Below, piece after piece: positions 1 through 8,500 of a DNA stretch of 64,000 nt. The notes below the pieces were generated by a model, which was given only the letters and a program-made list of their open reading frames with translations, was not told the origin of the DNA and ran no database searches. Position 1 is the stretch's first letter. Every line of letters starts with the position of its first letter. The stretch lies in IMG/VR virus record IMGVR_UViG_3300023174_000040, positions 186,001-250,000 of that record; one strand, given 5' to 3'. Both the position numbers and the translations under genes were made by a program.

Positions 1-168
1 GGTATCCAGGAGTCTATTGCTGAAAAATTGGGTGATACACCAAAAACTTCGAGTTCTCTTTCCATAGAGGCTTTTCAACTAATGAAAGATATTGCTCCTT
101 ATTTGAAAAACTATACCAAAGAATGCATCGATGAGGCATTTTATGTAATGTCTCACTGGAATCAGTAG
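1..168 (+). CDS. 3' end of a hypothetical protein (partial at window edge)
   Basis: Open frame from position 1 (GIQESIAEKLG...MSHWNQ) to TAG at 166-168; translated by hand. Confidence 0.55.
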   Translation, partial: GIQESIAEKLGDTPKTSSSLSIEAFQLMKDIAPYLKNYTKECIDEAFYVMSHWNQ

Positions 169-193
169 AATATTTTCTTTGTATTTAATATTT

Positions 194-288
194 CGGAGGC
201 TGACGCTGGTTATGTGAGGAAATTAAAAGGGAAATTAAAACCTTCCCTTTTAATTTCCATTCGAGAGAAATATCTTTTCGGTTTTTTT
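194..288 (+). repeat. Copy 1 of a conserved intergenic element, with a 16-bp perfect inverted repeat
   Basis: CGGAGGCTGACGCTGGT, then an IR (GGAAATTAAAAGGGAA 218-233 / TTCCCTTTTAATTTCC 243-258), then ATTCGAGAGAA-N-TTTTCG. Homologous to 1345-1423. Confidence 0.75.
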
Positions 289-303
289 GAATGACTGGTC
301 TTA

Positions 304-339
304 GCCAGTGTAGCTCAGTTGGTAGAGTAGCAGTTTTAT
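304..339 (+). pseudogene. Truncated tRNA 5' half (acceptor 5' strand, D arm and anticodon 5' stem only)
   Basis: GCCAGTG-TA-GCTC-AGTTGGTA-GAGT-A-GCAGT-TTT is a canonical tRNA 5' half. It stops in the anticodon loop; no T arm or 3' acceptor strand follows. Confidence 0.7.
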
Positions 340-411
340 TGCCCGGTAGCTCAAAGATAGAGCGGCTGACTTTGGATCAGCGGGTTGCAGGTTTGAATCC
401 TGCCCGGGCAT
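340..411 (+). tRNA. trnQ: tRNA-Gln(UUG), CCA not encoded
   Basis: Cloverleaf: TGCCCGG/CCGGGCA acceptor, GCTC/GAGC D stem, GCTGA/TCAGC anticodon stem with loop CT-TTG-GA, GCAGG/CCTGC T stem with loop TTTGAAT. Followed by TCT, not CCA. Confidence 0.9.
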
Positions 412-413
412 CT

Positions 414-1274
414 TTAATTTTTTGGTTTGGTCCAACCCAATGATGATTTAATTTTTCCTCTTAAAAGAAGCATAATATTTCCTCTGTTTAAATTATTGTC
501 TCGGCAGAATTTATTTAAATTTTTTATTTTAATTAAATTTCCATTTGGATCAATTATACTAAATTCTTTAGCATATTTCTCAGCTAATTTTTTGTGCCCT
601 TTTGCCCTACCTTCCTTGTTTCTTGGGTTATTTTGATCGTGTATTCCATTTTTATTTTCATGAGCTTTTTTGCCGCCAATTTTTCCACCATTTGCTCCGA
701 TTTTTTTGTAGTATTGATAGATGTCTGATTCGTTTAATCTATCCAATCTTTTTAAAATTCCTCTTCTTTGTATTGATTTTCTTTCCTCGTTTGACATTTT
801 GCCCAATCCAGCCGCATATGCTCTCTTGGCATTTTCACGTAGCTGTTCTTTTGTCATTGAAAACAATCCTTTTTTTAAAGTCTTGCATTTCATTCCAATT
901 TCCCTAAGAGTTTCAATATCACAAGTCGGAGAAAATCTACTTCCATTCAGGCAACCTTCTTTGCCATAATGTTCTTCTGTTAGTTTATTTTCAAAATCAG
1001 AACATTTTATTTCGTCGCAAAACAAGCATATTATCTCTTTTATTATTTTGTTGTTTTTTTCTATTTGTTCTAAAAATACTTTTCTGTTAACTTTGGGGCT
1101 TCCAATATATTTGTCACTTAAAATATCCCCTTTAAACTTTCTTTTTCCGTAATAATACGGAACAACTCCATTCTCTATTGCATCTGGGAAACTTGTTTTA
1201 TATATGTAAAAATTACCTTCTACTTCCTTGTAAGATAATTTTATTTCTACATTACTGTAAAAAATTCTTTTCAT
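414..1274 (-). CDS. Free-standing GIY-YIG (T4 Seg-like) homing endonuclease with C-terminal NUMOD1/IENR1-like DNA-binding domain
   Basis: FYIYKT...YYYGKRK...DKYIGS motif; C-terminal IIDPNG...NLNKFCRDNNLNRGNI...KSSLGW. Probable start is ATG 1274 (MKRIFY), not 1481 as in the ORF track. Confidence 0.8.
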   Translation of the reverse strand: MKRIFYSNVEIKLSYKEVEGNFYIYKTSFPDAIENGVVPYYYGKRKFKGDILSDKYIGSPKVNRKVFLEQIEKNNKIIKEIICLFCDEIKCSDFENKLTEEHYGKEGCLNGSRFSPTCDIETLREIGMKCKTLKKGLFSMTKEQLRENAKRAYAAGLGKMSNEERKSIQRRGILKRLDRLNESDIYQYYKKIGANGGKIGGKKAHENKNGIHDQNNPRNKEGRAKGHKKLAEKYAKEFSIIDPNGNLIKIKNLNKFCRDNNLNRGNIMLLLRGKIKSSLGWTKPKN

Positions 1275-1344
1275 AATTATATAATAGTTATTAAAATCCA
1301 ATCCCACTCTTTTTTTATCTTTAATCTTTGCTATAATATGTTCT

Positions 1345-1423
1345 CGGAGGCTGATGCTAGTGATCTGTATTGAGAAATTAAAATCTTCATTTTTAATTTC
1401 CGTTCGAGAGAATAACGTTTTCG
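1345..1423 (+). repeat. Copy 2 of the conserved element, with a 10-bp inverted repeat
   Basis: CGGAGGCTGATGCTAGT...GAAATTAAAA(1374-1383)/TTTTAATTTC(1391-1400)CGTTCGAGAGAATAACGTTTTCG; preceded by TATAAT at 1332-1337. Confidence 0.75.
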
Positions 1424-1448
1424 CCATGGAGGGCGATGAGGGCAATTT

Positions 1449-1631
1449 ATGCTTAACCTCGAAAAAATTAGTGATTTTCATTATAAAAGCTTTTACGGAT
1501 ACTTTTTATTTAAAAAGAATGAATCTAGCTGGGTGTTCATTCCTTTTGAAAAAGAATTTAACACCGAAGAGTTGATGGAAGTATTTGGTATCTTAAAGAG
1601 TCTTGATAATCAAAAATTTTCAAATAGTTGA
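1449..1631 (+). CDS. Small hypothetical protein (60 aa)
   Basis: ORF with upstream GAGGG; fills the gap between opposite-strand genes. Confidence 0.55.
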   Translation: MLNLEKISDFHYKSFYGYFLFKKNESSWVFIPFEKEFNTEELMEVFGILKSLDNQKFSNS

Positions 1632-2276
1632 TTCTTTATTTCCGTTCGAAGATAAGACCTTTTCGCCGGTGTTTTTGATGTCGTAGTAAAAAGAATCGGT
1701 GTCTTCTGTTGTCCACCGGTCTGCATTCTCACAAACGAATATTTGTTTATCCACTTTATATTTAGGAATATTGTCGATCTTTAATGGGTTATTAATAAAG
1801 TTGCTATCTCTCCATAGTATTCTATTGTTTGGCTGAAGAGCAAAGTGTCCATTATCAAGTTTGATTAGGTGTGCATTTTTATAATCTTGGGGAGTATCGC
1901 TATAAGAGTTATTTTCCCAATCAAAGGTCATCATGTATGTTCCCCATACTAATGATTTATCTTTTAATATAACTTCACATCTTTTATTAACAAGATAAGT
2001 GAATACTATAACATTTATTTCATTTCCAAAGCAATCCCATAATTCTAATAAATCAAGTCTATATCCTGGGTGGTCTTTTTTATGAACAAGAGCACTTATT
2101 GGAACGTTGGCTCTTTGAGCACCGTTCTCTAACATTATGTGAAATGTTAATGCTCTTGCTGCTGTGCTTCTTGCTGCGAAAACAAGACAATATTCATATT
2201 CATCAAATCCTGATTGATATTCAAAAAGATGTTCTTTTTTTACAAAACAATAAAACGGGTTTATATTAACGTTCAT
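1620..2276 (-). CDS. Conserved phage hypothetical protein
   Basis: 218-aa ORF. The NPFYCFVKKEHL...FHIMLENGA...WDCF...ALQPNNRILW pattern resembles a family I recall from aquatic phages; function unknown. Confidence 0.7.
   Translation of the reverse strand: MNVNINPFYCFVKKEHLFEYQSGFDEYEYCLVFAARSTAARALTFHIMLENGAQRANVPISALVHKKDHPGYRLDLLELWDCFGNEINVIVFTYLVNKRCEVILKDKSLVWGTYMMTFDWENNSYSDTPQDYKNAHLIKLDNGHFALQPNNRILWRDSNFINNPLKIDNIPKYKVDKQIFVCENADRWTTEDTDSFYYDIKNTGEKVLSSNGNKESTI
1635..1665 (+). repeat. Copy 3 (core only) of the conserved element
   Basis: TTTATTTCCGTTCGA-N10-TTTTCG, inside the 3' end of the minus-strand ORF 1620..2276. Confidence 0.6.
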
Positions 2277-2763
2277 GGGTAACTTCTGGGTGATTCTCTA
2301 TTAACCAATTATTAAATGATTCCACTGCTCTTCCAAAGTCTGGACTTGATTTTACTCCTGATGGCAATTGCGGGAGCTGTCTTTTTGTTGGATCAAACTT
2401 ATTAGTGGGAGCTTTAGTTGCTTTTACCTTGCCCCCTATTATTTGAGCTTTTCCCCTTGAAACAACTACATCTTTTCCATTTACTTTTTGCGTACTTGTT
2501 TTCATGGGAACTTTTTTAGCCATATCCAACATTTCTGCTTTTTCGTCTTCAATATCTTGTTCTTCATCTGTGAGTTTGGAAGCTACGGGTTTTTTAATGG
2601 GAGGAGCTGCACTTGCTTTATTTGATATTCCCAAACCTATTCCTGCGAGACTTCCTGCTACCAATGCGCTCCTTAGTAGTTTATTCTTTCCTAATGAGTC
2701 TAAGATTCCTTCGTCTATTATCTCTGGGTGTTTTTCTATTAGCCATTCATTAAATGTTTTCAT
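2266..2763 (-). CDS. Putative internal virion protein (CTS-like N-terminus plus hydrophobic segment)
   Basis: Starts MKTFNEWLIEKHPE; a similar motif ESFNNWLIENHPE recurs at the C-terminus. Confidence 0.7.
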   Translation of the reverse strand: MKTFNEWLIEKHPEIIDEGILDSLGKNKLLRSALVAGSLAGIGLGISNKASAAPPIKKPVASKLTDEEQDIEDEKAEMLDMAKKVPMKTSTQKVNGKDVVVSRGKAQIIGGKVKATKAPTNKFDPTKRQLPQLPSGVKSSPDFGRAVESFNNWLIENHPEVTHER

Positions 2764-2766
2764 GTT

Positions 2767-3060
2767 TTATATTTCTATTTGATATTCTGGATCTTTGACC
2801 ATGCTGTTGTATTTATTAACAAAGAGCTTCAAGTCTTCTTCTGCGTCGTGTTCACTATTAGTGTGACTGTTAAATATTTTTCTCCACTTTGGAACTAATT
2901 GCTTTACATCTTTTTTTAGATCTTCTAATCCTTGTGGGTCGTTTTCTTTGCACCATTCAATTTGCTCCAACACATACATGGCTTCCCCGTATGCTTCATC
3001 TTCTGCCCAACCATCATTGTTATTTTCTTTAATTTCTAACCATTCATTAAATGTTTTCAT
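2767..3060 (-). CDS. Putative internal virion protein (CTS-like N-terminus)
   Basis: Starts MKTFNEWLEIKE; acidic, 97 aa. Confidence 0.7.
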   Translation of the reverse strand: MKTFNEWLEIKENNNDGWAEDEAYGEAMYVLEQIEWCKENDPQGLEDLKKDVKQLVPKWRKIFNSHTNSEHDAEEDLKLFVNKYNSMVKDPEYQIEI

Positions 3061-3088
3061 GTTTTTATATATGAATCAAATAGTTAGA

Positions 3089-3121
3089 TTTTAATTTCCA
3101 TTCGAAAGACAAAAGTTTTCG
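3089..3121 (+). repeat. Copy 4 (core only) of the conserved element
   Basis: TTTTAATTTCCATTCGA-N10-TTTTCG followed by a T-rich run. Confidence 0.65.
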
Positions 3122-3134
3122 GTTTTTGTTTTTC

Positions 3135-3163
3135 TTGACTTTTTCTCTATTTTTTATTATTAT
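3135..3163 (+). promoter_or_regulatory. Sigma70-type promoter
   Basis: TTGACT-N17-TATTAT upstream of GAGG and ATG 3187. Confidence 0.65.
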
Positions 3164-3186
3164 GGTTTCTTAACCTGAGGTATTTT

Positions 3187-3393
3187 ATGGAAATTAAAAC
3201 AAGTAAAGAAATAGTTTTATCGGCGGAAGATGTTGAAAACTTAATTATTAAAGGTTTATATCACTCTCAAGGTCTTAGTGGAATATTTAATATAAAGTTT
3301 AAGATTGCTAGAGAGCTCTCTGAAAAAGAGGGAGATTATAATTTTGTTTTCGATGGAGCCGAGGTAAAAATTAGTGAAAATATAAGAGTCTAG
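3187..3393 (+). CDS. Hypothetical protein (68 aa)
   Basis: ORF with promoter and SD-like GAGG. Confidence 0.65.
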   Translation: MEIKTSKEIVLSAEDVENLIIKGLYHSQGLSGIFNIKFKIARELSEKEGDYNFVFDGAEVKISENIRV

Positions 3394-3409
3394 TAATATA
3401 TAAATTACT

Positions 3410-3775
3410 ATGAAAACATTTAATGAATGGCTCTCCGGTAAGTTAGAAGAAAATCAAAGTGCTGATGGGTTTAGTTTTAAAAATCATCCCATAGCAACTC
3501 AGCAAATTGCTTCGACAGTTGTTAGTCTAGTTCCAATTGATTTTGAACATAGTCCGAGCTACGGAGAGAGAAGTTCTGATTTTGGGTTATTAATCAAGAA
3601 TCAGCATGGTGAGGCTAAAGCTTATCTGAGTCCAAACAAAAGCGTTGCCATGAATTACTACAATGAATTCATATCAGTCTTTAATCATTTAGTCACTCAA
3701 AGTAGTGAGAATGAGGTCGTTATTATGCAACCTCATACACTAGATAAATTACTTGCCCACATTGGCGTTAGATAG
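3410..3775 (+). CDS. Putative internal virion protein (CTS-like N-terminus)
   Basis: Starts MKTFNEWLSGKLEE. Confidence 0.7.
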   Translation: MKTFNEWLSGKLEENQSADGFSFKNHPIATQQIASTVVSLVPIDFEHSPSYGERSSDFGLLIKNQHGEAKAYLSPNKSVAMNYYNEFISVFNHLVTQSSENEVVIMQPHTLDKLLAHIGVR

Positions 3776-3776
3776 T

Positions 3777-4001
3777 TCACCAGTGATGAATAACGTTTGC
3801 TATAACAAAAGCACAGGTTATAAAATTTATAATAACTATAAAGAACTTAATAAAGAAGCTGATTAGTGCTTCTTGCATTGTGAGTATGGGAATATCTGGG
3901 GTGTCTGAGTCTGTTTTTCCCACTCTATGATCTATAGTCCTTGCTAACACAAGAAAGAATCTGTGTATGGTATTTGATTTACTCATGTTTTTATTATACA
4001 A
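3777..4001 (-). CDS. Small membrane protein
   Basis: 74 aa with a C-terminal hydrophobic helix (FFIKFFIVIINFITCAFVIANVI). Confidence 0.6.
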   Translation of the reverse strand: MYNKNMSKSNTIHRFFLVLARTIDHRVGKTDSDTPDIPILTMQEALISFFIKFFIVIINFITCAFVIANVIHHW

Positions 4002-4010
4002 TATGTAACT

Positions 4011-4181
4011 ATGAAAAACAATAAAAAAAATCTAAATCTATATTTGTATGTTTTTAGTTTTGGTATGGCACTATGGGCATATTATAATTTATACTTATTG
4101 GATGGATTTTGGATGGCGGCAAGTATTTTCATTGCAATATGGGCAAATAATATTCAATGGAATTTAAGAGAAAAATTATAA
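4011..4181 (+). CDS. Small membrane protein (56 aa, not in ORF track)
   Basis: MKNNKKNLNLYLYVFSFGMALWAHYNLYLLDGFWMAASIFIAIWANNIQWNLREKL*; two hydrophobic segments; translated by hand. Confidence 0.55.
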   Translation: MKNNKKNLNLYLYVFSFGMALWAYYNLYLLDGFWMAASIFIAIWANNIQWNLREKL

Positions 4182-4215
4182 AATAATTAATATCTAATAG
4201 CGAAGGAGATTCGCT

Positions 4216-4341
4216 ATGGACATAATACAAATTTGCGCAACAGTTCTGATAGTTTCTTTTACAACAGTCTTCAGTGTGGGTTGCTTTTGCCTCACCTGTG
4301 GTATGATAATGGTGTTGTTGGGAAAAGACAAAGATAACTAG
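4216..4341 (+). CDS. Small Cys-containing membrane peptide (41 aa, not in ORF track)
   Basis: Strong SD AAGGAG upstream; MDIIQICATVLIVSFTTVFSVGCFCLTCGMIMVLLGKDKDN*. Confidence 0.55.
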   Translation: MDIIQICATVLIVSFTTVFSVGCFCLTCGMIMVLLGKDKDN

Positions 4342-4353
4342 TGGCCAACTATC

Positions 4354-4773
4354 GTGTACCCTTTCTCCTCTACAGGTATTGTTGAATACTTTGAGGATTA
4401 TTGCGTACTAAATATAGACCAGGGAATTAGCGACTATTATAGAAGCCTGATACCTAAAAGCTTTTATGTTAAGCCTCAGATGAAAAAAGCGCACATCACA
4501 ATAGTGCGAAAAGGAAAAGAAAAAGTAGAATCTTATGAATCTTGGGGGAAATACTCTGGAAAGATTCTAACTTTTAATTACAGTCCAATTATTCAAAGTG
4601 ATAATACTTATTTTTGGCTAGACTCAGTTTGTAGTGAGATAGGAAGCATAAGAAAAGAACTTGGTTTAAACGAATATCGTGATGATACTTACTTTGGCGG
4701 AGTAAAAAGAAATTGTTATCACATAACAATAGGAAATATCAAAGATAAACTTGTTAAAGGTCATCATCGGTAA
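4354..4773 (+). CDS. 2H phosphoesterase family protein (T4 57B/Acb1- or LigT-like)
   Basis: Two HxT motifs (AHITIV and YHITIG) about 75 aa apart in a 139-aa protein. Confidence 0.75.
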   Translation: MYPFSSTGIVEYFEDYCVLNIDQGISDYYRSLIPKSFYVKPQMKKAHITIVRKGKEKVESYESWGKYSGKILTFNYSPIIQSDNTYFWLDSVCSEIGSIRKELGLNEYRDDTYFGGVKRNCYHITIGNIKDKLVKGHHR

Positions 4774-4924
4774 AAATAATATTTGTCTCATATTTATTGT
4801 AATAATTATTTTTTGGAATATCTCTTCGAATAATCTTTGTTTCCTTGGGCGTGAAAACAGAATCAAGAATCAAAGATAGAACGCCCAAAACAAATAATGA
4901 TAGAATTATAACTAAAACAATCAT
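4754..4924 (-). CDS. Small membrane-anchored protein (56 aa, not in ORF track)
   Basis: MIVLVIILSLFVLGVLSLILDSVFTPKETKIIRRD...DDDL*; N-terminal TM helix. Confidence 0.55.
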   Translation of the reverse strand: MIVLVIILSLFVLGVLSLILDSVFTPKETKIIRRDIPKNNYYNKYETNIIFTDDDL

Positions 4925-5005
4925 TATAATTTTCTCTTTTCTGGTTCTTTGACTCTGGGTCCGTTTGTCAAGGGATATGATTTTACTTTATTCATAGTTA
5001 ACCTT

Positions 5006-5431
5006 TCAGTTTGAGCCTAATATAAAAACTACCATACCAATTACAACTAGTAAAGTTCCAATAGTTGAAATTAAAGATAATTGAAATTGTCCTGTTGCTA
5101 AAAACGCAAATAAAATACAAAATAAAGGATAAGAGATTTCAATTATACTTGCGTGTGTAGCGCTTTTACTTTGTATTGCGTTTATGCAAAGATAGTTACC
5201 TGCTATAGCACTGACAAAGGCCAATATCATCCAAGATATCGACCTGGGAGTAAAGTCGCAATCTATTTTAGTTTTACTGGTCAATAACCAGATCATCCAA
5301 AAAATACAATTAGCGGTGCCGCTTAAAGCTAAATACATTTTTCGGTCTATGCTTTTAAGCACCACTTCGGTGGAACTGTAGGATAGAGCCCAACAAACGG
5401 CGGTAAGTAATGCTGTGATATACCAAGGCAT
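5006..5431 (-). CDS. EamA/DMT-family membrane transporter (single repeat)
   Basis: 141 aa with about five TM helices; ALLTAVCWA...AIQ...ASIIEISYPLF...GTLLVVIG matches the EamA pattern. Confidence 0.75.
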   Translation of the reverse strand: MPWYITALLTAVCWALSYSSTEVVLKSIDRKMYLALSGTANCIFWMIWLLTSKTKIDCDFTPRSISWMILAFVSAIAGNYLCINAIQSKSATHASIIEISYPLFCILFAFLATGQFQLSLISTIGTLLVVIGMVVFILGSN

Positions 5432-5501
5432 AATATTATATTAGTAAAAAGAGACCTAGTGTAGTATATATTTTTATACTAAAATAATTTAGGAGAAATT
5501 A

Positions 5502-8500
5502 ATGCAAACATACACCAGCAATCTTACCTCAATTCCATCTTGGCTCGCAGAATATGGTAATCAAACCGGGAAAACCATAGGTCTCAATTTTGGTTTCAAT
5601 TCCGATGGCATGTTTTTTATTGGAAATGCTGGGGATGAGAGCCCAGCTTATAGCGTAAGAACCAATTTCAACATATCTGAGCATCAGGCTTGCGAGGTGA
5701 TATTTACCGCTGATCACACTAATTTTTGCTCAGATCAAGGCATATGTTTTTACAATGATGGGCAATCTCCCAACTGGCATTGGGATCCAGATCCTTCAAG
5801 AATAGCGTTTCAAATAAATTGTCCAGTTCCACATATTTACGGCACAAACAAGTTTGTAAACAATTCTGGCGAGTATTATGGGAGTTGGGAGCCGGGCAGA
5901 GACGGCTCCGATGTTCTAGAAAGTGGCATCTATACATTTAAGGTAACATACGACCCAGCCGCCAGAACTGTTACCGCCATCACATATGAGGGAGAGAATA
6001 CTTCAGGAACCATGGTGGACACCATTGTTTTGCATGAGAAGTTGATGGATGGTGGACCATACCGAATTGGATTTGATGCCGATAGTGACGGCAGCCTTGA
6101 GCCAGGAGACCCTCCTGGCAATTCCCCTGCGTATTTCAAGAACCTCACGATAAATGTCTATGAAACAAATGGGATATCGGACGACACAGAGTTGAACAAT
6201 CAACTCAATAATCTCAAGACAGAATACGCCCAAGTCACAGATCTTGTGGAAGACCTATACCGTTTCTCAGACGATGCGGACATAGACATGGGAGAAGGCT
6301 CGCCAACAGGAGATGGAACAGACTACAATTTTAGTGAATTGGGATTTGGTAGTGAAATATGCATCCAAGACGATGGCAAAATTGTAGTCGCTGGATATTC
6401 TGGAACTAATGATTATTCAAAAAATATCAGAAGAATAGATGTTTATGGCAAAGAAGATGAATCGTTCACACCGCCAGTTTTCAATGGCCCATTAAGTAGC
6501 GTTGTTCAGATGAGTGACGGAAGGTTGGTTGTGGGCGGTTTTTTTAATAGTCTTGAAAGATTTGATGGACTATCCAACGGCACATCAATATCACAACCAA
6601 GCTGGGATCCCGATATCATATTAGATAATCAAGTCATTATCGGAGGAATGGTTTGCTTAAATCCGGACGGATCAATAAGCAAGAGAGATGGCGGAGATAT
6701 TGGCTTTGAAGATAGAGCCATAAGTGGTATTCCCATTCAAGTTTACACCATAAAATTACTGGACGATAACAGCGTTCTGGTAGGGGGGCATTTTACTCAT
6801 TATGACGATGTGGAATCCCCTTATTTGGCAAAAATAGATAGCGATGGAGTTATAGATGAAGTTTTTGCCGCCAATATTTTAGGCTTGGGATTGCTCCCGG
6901 GAGGTGGCATAAGTTTGAGCGATTCTGTATCCGCAATTGCTGTTGATGATAGTGGGAAAATACTAATTGGGGGCGGATTTGATAAAAGCATCATCAGGCT
7001 TAATGGCGATGGATCACTGGACAGTTCGTTCGATTCCGGGGACGGCTTCACCGGCCAGATGGTGAATGGGGTTTTTGCAATACTTCCATTATCAAGCGGA
7101 AAGATATTGGTTGGACATTCTGGCACAGATTATGACGGGTCTAGTTGTAACCGTGGGTTGGTAAGATTGAACAGTGACGGATCTTTGGACAACACATACG
7201 CCCCAGACCTCTACGAGTCTGAGGGCTTTGGATTTGTAGTTGCCATTGCCCAACAAGAAAATGGAAAGTTGCTTGTAGGCGGAGCCTTTGACATTTTAGA
7301 GGGAGGCAGTCTAAACAAAATAGTCCGATTGAACACTGACGGTTCTATGGATGAAAGTTTCAACAACGGTTTTGGATTTACTTCTGCGGGTTATAATTGG
7401 CCACCACAAACAAATGACATTAAGCTAGACTCGACTGGCAACATATATGTTGCAGGGAACTTCACTGACTACAACCATGCCGCAAGGTTCCAGTATGCAA
7501 AATTGGACACAAATGGGGCACTTCAAGAGTGGAGCGTTCTGCCTGCTTTCAAGCAGATGGGAATAAATGACGGCACGAACGATATGTATGACGGAGCAAA
7601 TTTTTTAAATACAAATCTCACCCAACCTTATCTTGATATAAAGTGCTATGCCAACGATAATCCTGAGGATATCGAGATCAGTGGTGGCTTAGGAGGATGT
7701 ATTTGTCCGCCTTCGTACATCTGTGGCGAGGACTGTTGTGGACCTAGATTTAGCAAGAGTGTCCCCTCCACTCATACTCAAGCATGGGATGAAGACCCAG
7801 AAGAAGACTTCTATGATCCAGCATTAGATCAATATCGATATCTTCCTATTTGTGATAGCCATGTTATGGTTGGAGATGGATATTTCGGAGATGGAAGCAG
7901 CTATTTCACAGCCATGTTTCCCGGAATGTTCGTCCTTGCGGCAAACAACATCAATATCACACAGTTCTCAATAGTTGGAAACATAGGGACAGACGGTGAT
8001 GGTGTTGATGCAGTTGACATCTATCCGATCAATGTTGGTGGATTGACTTACACTGCGTATTTTAAGACTAATTATGGCGACGGTGATCCCTCCATAAACC
8101 ACATCATAATCGTTGATGGCAATGGAGATGGAATCGATCAGTTTTACGATCCAACTTCTAGGGGTGACGAGCATTGTATCACCGGGCTTGAGGGCAAGAC
8201 AAAGCTCTTCTTTCTTTGTTTGAGTAAAGCAGATGCAGTAGCAATGACACCCTCAGAGGCAAAAGACGTTGCAACTAAATTTTTGGATGTTATAGGCTTA
8301 ATCTCTGTTTGCGATCCAATAACGACCACATATGAACTAGATTTGAGTCCGGACCATCCAGAATTATTATCTAATTATAATTACGATGGAGAAGGCAATA
8401 TGGACACTGCCATAATAATCGATCCGGTTAATGGGAAACGTAGATCTATACAGAGAACCTCTTACTTGGAACTCACTGATAATTGCGGAAACAAAAAGGT

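Noticed and set aside
1275-1481. N-terminal 69 aa of the 414..1481 ORF
   Set aside because: The region spans an intergenic repeat and promoter and overlaps a + strand ORF; the GIY-YIG domain starts shortly after ATG 1274.
1354-1575. 73-aa ORF suggesting the repeat element encodes a conserved peptide (KLKxSxLISxRE)
   Set aside because: Copies 1 and 2 share the frame, but copy 3 has an in-frame TAA and copy 4 has no in-frame start, so conservation looks nucleotide-level. Not fully excluded.
194-3121. Four-copy element as a degenerate CRISPR array
   Set aside because: Copies are 240-1450 bp apart and separated by whole genes, not 30-40-bp spacers.
4949-4971. TTGAC...GTCAA inverted repeats (also 20988-21002) as a shared operator
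   Set aside because: The arms are only 5 bp with different spacers (13 vs 5 nt), which is compatible with chance or back-to-back -35 boxes.
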